A DNA stretch of 63,851 bases, filler included, from an uncultured bacterium (lineage in GTDB: Bacteria; CAYSBA01): NCBI GenBank assembly GCA_964429075.1. It is 10 parts of 10 records of this genome, joined end to end, with 100 filler letters (N's around TTAATTAATTAA, not from the genome) between each part and the next. Parts side by side here need not be neighbours in the genome. Positions count along the whole stretch, not along the records: positions 52,078 to 58,340 come from CAYSBA010000088.1; positions 58,441 to 63,851 come from CAYSBA010000106.1; 8 more parts are not named here. One strand, 5' to 3'. This document shows, one piece after another, positions 57,202 to 63,851 of the stretch (position 1 is its first letter; each line of letters begins with the position of its first letter). The notes beneath the pieces were generated by a model that did no database searches, was not told the DNA's origin, and worked only from the letters and a program-made list of their open reading frames with translations. A program made the translations under genes and the position numbers.

Positions 57202-58253
57202 TTGCTCAGTACCTTAATAGCCTGTAACTTCTTTAGACTATTTTTTGCTACCTGAAGGACCCTCTTGTTTCTGGTCTTTTTGATGAGCATCTTCAGTATG
57301 TCAATACCTCTTGGATCGCCTGCCTCAGCAAGTGCCATGGCCGCATAGCCTTGAACGAATGGATCTTTGTCGTTTATTGTATCAATTATTGCAGAAAAGG
57401 CCTCTGGATTATCGGCATAAGCGAGGATTGTAACAGCCTTTGATCGTTCCTCTTTTGAAAAATTTCCCTCTCCTCGTGCAATAGCTGCATACTTTCTTGT
57501 ATCAATAAATGATTTTGATTCTTTAAGAACAGCCCTTGAAGCGATCTTTATTTTGTCAATGATAACAGGATCGATGATGAACTCAGCAAGTTTATCGATT
57601 ATCTTTTTGTTTGGAAACTCCTTCAATTTCTTGAGACATTGATATACAAGTTCAGTATTGTCACTGAAAATACAGTTTGAATAAAGCTGCGTTGCCTCTT
57701 TTGTCCCGAGACTATCGATTGCTGCAATTGCGTGTTTCTGTATCTTGGTTGATTGATTTACAAGAAGACCAATTAGAAGTTTGTGGATCATGAATGATTT
57801 ACTTGTCCTGATAATGTCTATTAAATTGAGAAGTATTGTCTCATCGTTTGTCTTTTTAAGGGCATCTTTTAATATTGTGTATGAGCTATCATTGACAAGT
57901 TTTTTGAGAGCAGCAACGCATTGTCTTTTTACAAAAGGTGTATCATTCAGAAGATGATTGACGAGTGGTCTTACTGCGACTGCATCACCAAGATTGCCCA
58001 GTGCAAAGGCTGCACCTGCCCTCATCAGGTAATTTTCATCAGAAAGTGCTTCAATCAACGGTAGAATGGCCTTCATGGACCCGCTTTTGCCCAGAAGTAC
58101 TGCTGCCTGGACCCTAACTTTTATTGTTGAGCCATTTTTGAGCTTGTCAATAAGAAAATCTACTTTGTCTTCCTTTGCCTGTGCCTGAATACAAAGGCCT
58201 GCTATTATGAGCACGGCGATTAAACTAAATCTTTTTATGTCCCCTACAGACAT
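57198..58253 (-). CDS. Exported HEAT-repeat protein
   Basis: Signal peptide; PBS-lyase HEAT repeats (VRVQAAVLLG, RAGAAFALG); GGAGGA RBS before the ATG at 58253. Confidence 0.85.
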   Translation of the reverse strand: MSVGDIKRFSLIAVLIIAGLCIQAQAKEDKVDFLIDKLKNGSTIKVRVQAAVLLGKSGSMKAILPLIEALSDENYLMRAGAAFALGNLGDAVAVRPLVNHLLNDTPFVKRQCVAALKKLVNDSSYTILKDALKKTNDETILLNLIDIIRTSKSFMIHKLLIGLLVNQSTKIQKHAIAAIDSLGTKEATQLYSNCIFSDNTELVYQCLKKLKEFPNKKIIDKLAEFIIDPVIIDKIKIASRAVLKESKSFIDTRKYAAIARGEGNFSKEERSKAVTILAYADNPEAFSAIIDTINDKDPFVQGYAAMALAEAGDPRGIDILKMLIKKTRNKRVLQVAKNSLKKLQAIKVLSK

Positions 58254-58340
58254 CTGCTCCTCCATTCATAAAGGCATATATTATATTTAAATCAAAAATA
58301 CAAGGATCTGCCTGCCTATTCATAAAGATTAACAGAGGAT

Positions 58341-58440
58341 NNNNNNNNNNNNNNNNNNNNNNNNNNNNNNNNNNNNNNNNNNNNTTAATTAATTAANNNN
58401 NNNNNNNNNNNNNNNNNNNNNNNNNNNNNNNNNNNNNNNN
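58341..58440. other. Artificial contig spacer
   Basis: N44-TTAATTAATTAA-N44. Confidence 0.98.
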
Positions 58441-58825
58441 CTATACCATGAATTGTAAGTACTGTAGGAGGTCTTGGCTTAATCGGAAATACTGATAATA
58501 CAGTGGAGCTACCCTGTAGATGTATTATATCTGGCTTAATCTCCTCTATTATTCTTTTTATTTTATAAGGTGATGAAAACAATAAGATTGGTAATTGATA
58601 TGAAAAAGGATGGGCTGTTCTAAAGATTGTTATACCATTGTATCTTTCAATCTTATCTTCTTTTACAGAATCGAATAACGAAACTACAAAGACCTCGATA
58701 TCGTCTCTTTTTGCAAGAGCTTTGGCTAAATTAAGGGTAACTGCAGCAAATCCTCCTCTGGGAAGATCGGGATCATCTGGAAAAGTAGATATCAAAAGTA
58801 CCCTTATTTTCTTGTGTTTCCCCAT
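58441..58825 (-). CDS. Glycosyltransferase family 4, 5' fragment
   Basis: GG.......LAKAL, KPDIIHLQ, VLTIHG. Confidence 0.82.
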
Positions 58826-58857
58826 TCTGTAGATACAATCCAGATCCCAAAATTTAT

Positions 58858-60399
58858 CTACAACGGAATATTACCGTGCTTTTTCTTTGGTAGCTCTGCC
58901 CATTTATTTTCAAGGAGCTTAAATGCCTTAATAACCTTTGGCCTTGTTTCCTCTGGCATTATAATTTCATCTATATAACCGAGTTCAGCCGCTTTGAAAG
59001 GGTTAGCAAACTTTTTGTTATACTCATCGACGAGTTCTTTTCTCTTTTTTTCTGGATCATCAGCCTCTTTTATCTCCTTTTTAAAGATTATATTGATAGC
59101 ACCTTCTGTGCCCATAACCGCTATTTCTGCGGATGGATAGGCAAAGTTAATGTCTGTAAGCAGATGCTTTGAAGACATCACATCGTAGGCCCCACCATAG
59201 GCCTTTCGAGTGACAACCGCTACCTTTGGAACAGTTGCTTCTGCATATGCATAAAGCAGCTTTGCCCCATTTGTTATTATACCACCATGTTCTTGATGTA
59301 CCCCGGGCAAAAAACCTGGCACATCAACGAATGTAAGAAGAGGTATGTTGAAGGCATCACAGAAGCGAATGAATCGAGCTGCCTTTTTTGATGCATCTAT
59401 GTCAAGACAACCGGCAAGTACAGAAGGTTGATTTGCAATAACAGCCGTACTTTTGCCAGCAAGTCTGATAAACCCTGTAATAATATTCTGTGCATATAGC
59501 TTGTGAACCTCAAAGAAATAGTTATCATCTGCAATAGATTTAATGATTTCTTTGATATCATAAGGTTTGTTTGGATTGTCAGGGATAAGTGAATTTAGCT
59601 TAGGATCCTTTCTGGTCACAGGGTCATCTGTGGGCTTTTCTGGTGGAGGTTCCATAAAGTTGTCTGGTATAAAACTGAGTAATTCCCTTATCATCATCAG
59701 GCACTCTTCTTCATTGTCTGCAAGAAAGTGACAAACACCACTTATTGTACTGTGTATATTGCCACCACCGAGCTCTTCTTTTGTAATCTCTTCATTTGTA
59801 ACAGTCTTTATGACTTCAGGTCCGGTTATAAACATATAACTTGTCTTTTTTGTCATGAATATAAAATCTGTAATGCCAGGTGAGTAGACCGCACCACCAG
59901 CACAAGGTCCTAAGATGGCAGAGATCTGAGGGATTACTCCAGATGCAAGGGTATTTCTCAAAAATATATCGGCATAACCACCAAGAGATTCAACCCCTTC
60001 CTGTATACGGGCACCACCTGAATCATTCAGACCAATAACAGGGGCTCCCACCTTCATTGCAAGGTCCATGATTTTACATATCTTCATTGCGTGGGTCTTT
60101 GATAATGATCCGCCAAATACAGTAAAATCCTGGGCAAATACAAAGACCCGCCGATTATCAATCGTACCATAACCGGTAATGACGCCATCACCGTAATACT
60201 TCTTTTTGTCCATCCCAAAATCTGTACAGCGGTGCAGGACAAATCTGTCTATTTCCTCAAAGCTATTTCTATCAAGAAGTAGTTCAATCCTTTCTCTGGC
60301 AGTTAATTTACCGGCCTTATGCTGCCTTTCTATGCGTTCTTTTCCTCCACCAAGGGAAGCAAGGTGATCTATCTCTTTAAATCTATCGTAATTTCTCAA
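58858..60399 (-). CDS. Acyl-CoA carboxylase carboxyltransferase subunit (PccB/MmdA-like)
   Basis: [52 protein letters not shown]. Confidence 0.95.
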   Translation of the reverse strand: MRNYDRFKEIDHLASLGGGKERIERQHKAGKLTARERIELLLDRNSFEEIDRFVLHRCTDFGMDKKKYYGDGVITGYGTIDNRRVFVFAQDFTVFGGSLSKTHAMKICKIMDLAMKVGAPVIGLNDSGGARIQEGVESLGGYADIFLRNTLASGVIPQISAILGPCAGGAVYSPGITDFIFMTKKTSYMFITGPEVIKTVTNEEITKEELGGGNIHSTISGVCHFLADNEEECLMMIRELLSFIPDNFMEPPPEKPTDDPVTRKDPKLNSLIPDNPNKPYDIKEIIKSIADDNYFFEVHKLYAQNIITGFIRLAGKSTAVIANQPSVLAGCLDIDASKKAARFIRFCDAFNIPLLTFVDVPGFLPGVHQEHGGIITNGAKLLYAYAEATVPKVAVVTRKAYGGAYDVMSSKHLLTDINFAYPSAEIAVMGTEGAINIIFKKEIKEADDPEKKRKELVDEYNKKFANPFKAAELGYIDEIIMPEETRPKVIKAFKLLENKWAELPKKKHGNIPL

Positions 60400-60411
60400 T
60401 GTAGACCTGTA

Positions 60412-61644
60412 CTAAATTCCGGGCAGCGGGAACTGATCTGTCAATTCCCTGACTTTTTTTCTACAACTACTAATAACTCTATCTGAGTCTATATTATATA
60501 CCACCTCACAGATCATCTCACCGATTAACTGCATCTGCTCTTTTCCCATTCCCCTTGAGGTCACTGCAGCTGTTCCAATTCTTATGCCACTTGTTACAAA
60601 GGGGGTCTGAGGATCATCGGGGATCATATTTTTGTTTACAGTAATCCCTGCCTCTTCCAGCCTACGTTCAAGCTCTTTTCCTGTAATTCCCTGTTTACGC
60701 AGATCAACAAGCATAAGATGATTATCTGTTCCACCTGATACTAAGTTGAGACCATTTTGAATCAGGGTATCTGCAAGTACCTTTGCATTCTCAACCACCT
60801 GTTTCTGATATTCAACAAAATCATCTTTCATGGCCTCTTTAAAGCATACTGCCTTTGCGGCTATGATGTGCATTAGTGGTCCCCCCTGCATCCCCGGGAA
60901 TACCCTGCTGTTTAACCGTTTGGCATACTCCTCTTTGCATAGTATAAAACCACCTCGTGGACCTCTCAGTGTCTTATGGGTTGTACTTGTAACATAATCT
61001 GCATACATTACCGGTGAAGGGTGAACGCCTGCTGCTACAAGACCGGCAATATGAGCCATATCAACAACAAGCTTTGCACCGCATGCTTTTGCAATATTAG
61101 AAAATCTTTCAAAATCAATAATTCTTGGATATGCACTTGCACCTGCTACAATTATCTTTGGTTTATGTTCTTCTGCTAACTTTTCAAGATTGTCGTAGTC
61201 TATCAATCCGGTTTCAGGATCAACACCATAATGGACCACATTATAAAGCCTTCCAGAAAAATTAACAGGGCTGCCATGGGTGAGATGTCCACCATGTGCA
61301 AGATTCATAGAGAGCATCGTGTCTCCAGGCTCAAGCTCTGTGAAATATACTGCCATGTTAGCCTGAGACCCTGAATGGGGTTGAACATTTGCGTGCTCTG
61401 CAGCAAAAAGCTTTTTGCATCTTTCGATGGCAAGCGATTCAGCAATATCCACAAACTGACAGCCGCCATAATATCTCCTACCAGGATACCCCTCAGCATA
61501 TTTGTTGGTCATCACAGAACCCATAGCTTCAAGGACAGCCTTGGAGGTAAAGTTCTCGCTTGCAATCAACTCAATCACACTCCGCTGACGCTCTTTCTCC
61601 TTCTCAATTGCCTCCCATATCTCTCTATCAACATCCTTTAACAT
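60412..61644 (-). CDS. glyA: Serine hydroxymethyltransferase
   Basis: [40 protein letters not shown]. Confidence 0.98.
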   Translation of the reverse strand: MLKDVDREIWEAIEKEKERQRSVIELIASENFTSKAVLEAMGSVMTNKYAEGYPGRRYYGGCQFVDIAESLAIERCKKLFAAEHANVQPHSGSQANMAVYFTELEPGDTMLSMNLAHGGHLTHGSPVNFSGRLYNVVHYGVDPETGLIDYDNLEKLAEEHKPKIIVAGASAYPRIIDFERFSNIAKACGAKLVVDMAHIAGLVAAGVHPSPVMYADYVTSTTHKTLRGPRGGFILCKEEYAKRLNSRVFPGMQGGPLMHIIAAKAVCFKEAMKDDFVEYQKQVVENAKVLADTLIQNGLNLVSGGTDNHLMLVDLRKQGITGKELERRLEEAGITVNKNMIPDDPQTPFVTSGIRIGTAAVTSRGMGKEQMQLIGEMICEVVYNIDSDRVISSCRKKVRELTDQFPLPGI

Positions 61645-62097
61645 CTATATACTCCCTGATTCATCGAGTTTGTTAATACGCCTTTCATGCCTGCCACCCT
61701 GAAACCGGGTGTTGTTCCATTGGTCAAACATCCAGATTGCCATTTCATAGGTGATTATACGTGCAGGAAAGATCAATATATTTGCATTATTATGTTCCCG
61801 TGCACTTTTTGCCATAAAACCGTTTACCACAAGGGCTGCTCTTATACCCCTTTTACGGTTTGCTGCCATCGACATCCCAATGCCTGTCCCGCATATGAGG
61901 ATTCCAAGGTCTGCTCTCTTTGCAAGTATATCTTCTGTAACCCTATTTGCGATATCTGGATAATCTACAGGCTCAGGGTCGAAACAACCCCTGTTTATTA
62001 CACCATAATCACGTGTAAAAAATTCTTTTATTAATCTCTCTTTAAGCTGGAAACCGGCATGATCACTCCCAATGGATATGGTAAATCTTCCACTCAA
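61645..62097 (-). CDS. rpiB: Ribose-5-phosphate isomerase B
   Basis: GSDHAG, DYPD, ICGTGIGMS, AREHNNAN, F.GGRH.RR; TTG start overlaps the fabF stop. Confidence 0.95.
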   Translation of the reverse strand: MSGRFTISIGSDHAGFQLKERLIKEFFTRDYGVINRGCFDPEPVDYPDIANRVTEDILAKRADLGILICGTGIGMSMAANRKRGIRAALVVNGFMAKSAREHNNANILIFPARIITYEMAIWMFDQWNNTRFQGGRHERRINKLDESGSI

Positions 62098-63338
62098 TTG
62101 GAGAACCTCTTGATAATCAGGCATGCGTTAGTACCACCAAACCCAAACGAATTACTCATTCCATATTCAAATGATCCCTCTATATTTCCTCCCTGGCAGT
62201 AGTTGAGATCACATTCAGGGTCTGGATTCTCAAGATTAAGGGTACGGTGTGCTACACCATTTTTCAGTGTTAGGGTGGTTACAATAAATTCAATTGCACC
62301 TGCTGCACCAAGGGTATGACCAATCATGGATTTTGTAGAATTAATAACAAGTTCTTCAGCTTTTTGTTTGCCGAAGACCGATTTTATAGCCTTTGTTTCA
62401 ATCTTATCGTTTAGCTGGGTGGATGTACCATGTGCATTTATATAATCTATCATTTCAGGCTGTATTCCTGCATCTTCAATAGCTCGTTTCATACACATTG
62501 CAGCACCTCTACCCTCAGGTTCCGGTGCTGTTATGTGATAAGCGTCGCCGTTTGCCCAGTAACCTATCACTTCACCATATATCTTTGCACCTCTGGCTTT
62601 TGCAGATTCAAGCTCTTCAAGGACAACAACTCCAGCACCCTCCCCGATTAAGAAGCCATCACGGTCTTTATCAAAAGGTCGACTTGCTCTATGTGGTTCA
62701 TCGTTTCTCCTTGTTAGTGCACGCATAGAACAAAAGCCACCCACGCCAAGGGGAGTAATAGTAGCCTCCACACCCCCTGCAAGGGCTGCCTGCATCCGGC
62801 CATACCGAATAGCAAGGGTTGCCTCACCTATGGAGTGTGCCCCTGTTGAACAGGCAGATACATGACTGAAACATGGTCCTCTTAGATCAAATTCAATACT
62901 GATAATGCCACCTGCTTCATTTATGATACTCATCGGAATAAAAAAGGGAGTAATCCTCTTGGGACCTTTCTCGAGATAACGCTGATACATATTTTCTATT
63001 GTGATCAATCCACCCATGCCCGATCCGACATAGATGCCGAATTTATCTGGATTGTAGGGATTATTGTCAAGTAGACCAGAGTCTTCCATTGCCTCTTTTG
63101 CAGCAAAAAGGGCATACTGTTGAAAACGATCAAGCTTTCTTACAAGCCTCTGATCTATCCTTTTTGTGGGATCAAAATCCTTTATCTCTGCAGCAATCCG
63201 TGTAGGGAACTGGGATGCATCAAAGTATGTTATTGGACCGGCTCCAGAGATTCCAGCAAGGAGACTATCCCACATTTCAGGGACACTCTTTCCTACAGGT
63301 GTAACAACACCAAGCCCGGTGATCACTACCCTTTTCAT
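62094..63338 (-). CDS. fabF: 3-oxoacyl-ACP synthase II
   Basis: RVVITGLG, SACSTG, NAHGTST, KSMIGH.LGAAG, SNSFGFGG.N. Confidence 0.97.
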   Translation of the reverse strand: MKRVVITGLGVVTPVGKSVPEMWDSLLAGISGAGPITYFDASQFPTRIAAEIKDFDPTKRIDQRLVRKLDRFQQYALFAAKEAMEDSGLLDNNPYNPDKFGIYVGSGMGGLITIENMYQRYLEKGPKRITPFFIPMSIINEAGGIISIEFDLRGPCFSHVSACSTGAHSIGEATLAIRYGRMQAALAGGVEATITPLGVGGFCSMRALTRRNDEPHRASRPFDKDRDGFLIGEGAGVVVLEELESAKARGAKIYGEVIGYWANGDAYHITAPEPEGRGAAMCMKRAIEDAGIQPEMIDYINAHGTSTQLNDKIETKAIKSVFGKQKAEELVINSTKSMIGHTLGAAGAIEFIVTTLTLKNGVAHRTLNLENPDPECDLNYCQGGNIEGSFEYGMSNSFGFGGTNACLIIKRFSN

Positions 63339-63349
63339 GTCTTTTTTGC

Positions 63350-63601
63350 CTAAAGGGTATGTTCCACAATATAATTTATTGCATCCTGTACGGTTACTAT
63401 CTTTTCTGCATCAGACTCAGGGATGTCAAGTCCAAATTCCTCTTCCATATCCATCACAAGCTGGACAACATCGAGAGAATCTGCACCAAGATCGTCTATA
63501 AAGGATGCATTGTTAGAGATCTCTGAAAGATCTTTGTTTAGCTTCTCTGCGATCAGTTCCTTTACCTTCTTCTCAATCTCTTGTACCGATTTTTCTGCCA
63601 T
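63350..63601 (-). CDS. acpP: Acyl carrier protein
   Basis: [24 protein letters not shown]. Confidence 0.97.
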   Translation of the reverse strand: MAEKSVQEIEKKVKELIAEKLNKDLSEISNNASFIDDLGADSLDVVQLVMDMEEEFGLDIPESDAEKIVTVQDAINYIVEHTL

Positions 63602-63641
63602 GGTTTTAGACCTCCTTTTTCAATTAAAATGTGGTTAATTA

Positions 63642-63851
63642 TCAGATATACATTCCACCATCAATACCGATTATTTTACCTGTAATGTACCCGGCATCCT
63701 CAGAAGCAAGAAACGCACAAAGTGCTCCAACCTCATGAGGTCTTCCAGCCCTTTCTGCCGGTATTGACCTTATAATCTCCATTTTTGTTTTTTCAGAAAG
63801 CGAGTTTGTCATCTTTGTTTCAAAGTATCCAGGTGCAATATAATTTACTGT
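63642..63851 (-). CDS. fabG: 3-oxoacyl-ACP reductase, 3' fragment
   Basis: Not in the ORF track. Reads TVNYIAPGYFETKMT...IP..RAG.P.EV...FLAS....YITG..I.IDGGMYI*, upstream of acpP. Confidence 0.88.
   Translation of the reverse strand, partial: TVNYIAPGYFETKMTNSLSEKTKMEIIRSIPAERAGRPHEVGALCAFLASEDAGYITGKIIGIDGGMYI

Noticed and set aside
705..63638. Numerous 60-140 aa ORFs overlapping assigned genes on the opposite strand or in other frames
   Set aside because: They lie within well-supported genes and show no motifs; treated as shadow ORFs.
1..63851. CRISPR arrays, tRNA/rRNA genes, transposases, integrases, prophage or defence genes
   Set aside because: None recognised; intergenic regions are short and nearly all long ORFs have housekeeping, envelope or signalling assignments.

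Overview
This window is not one locus. It is ten unrelated contigs of about 6.3-6.5 kb from a draft or metagenome-assembled genome, joined by 100-nt spacers (44 N + TTAATTAATTAA + 44 N); the eight complete contigs are in decreasing length order, so gene context only holds within a contig. The DNA is AT-rich and gene-dense. It mixes housekeeping genes (gatCAB, rsmI, trpS, scpB, tolB, rpsM-rpsK-rpoA-rplQ, murJ, rtcB plus archease, uvrD/pcrA, speD-pdaD, dksA, lptD, fabG-acpP-fabF-rpiB-glyA) with families typical of myxobacteria and relatives: a TIGR02266-like PilZ protein, a TIGR04552-like protein, three FHA proteins, a MYXO-CTERM-like tail, Cys-rich lipoproteins and a nonaheme cytochrome. I saw no rRNA, tRNA, CRISPR array or mobile element. 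The best candidates for undescribed biology are: (1) an orphan ParA ATPase coupled to a phasin-like protein with a basic tail, possibly a cargo-positioning system; (2) a RelA/SpoT-synthetase-like TIGR04552 protein sharing a palindromic divergent promoter with a PilZ protein; (3) a tandem pair of small Cse60-like proteins; (4) repeated promoter geometry implying leaderless mRNAs; (5) an RHH-FHA regulator and an FHA-TPR/AIM24-triplet operon. All family assignments come from motif recognition by eye; no database searches were run.
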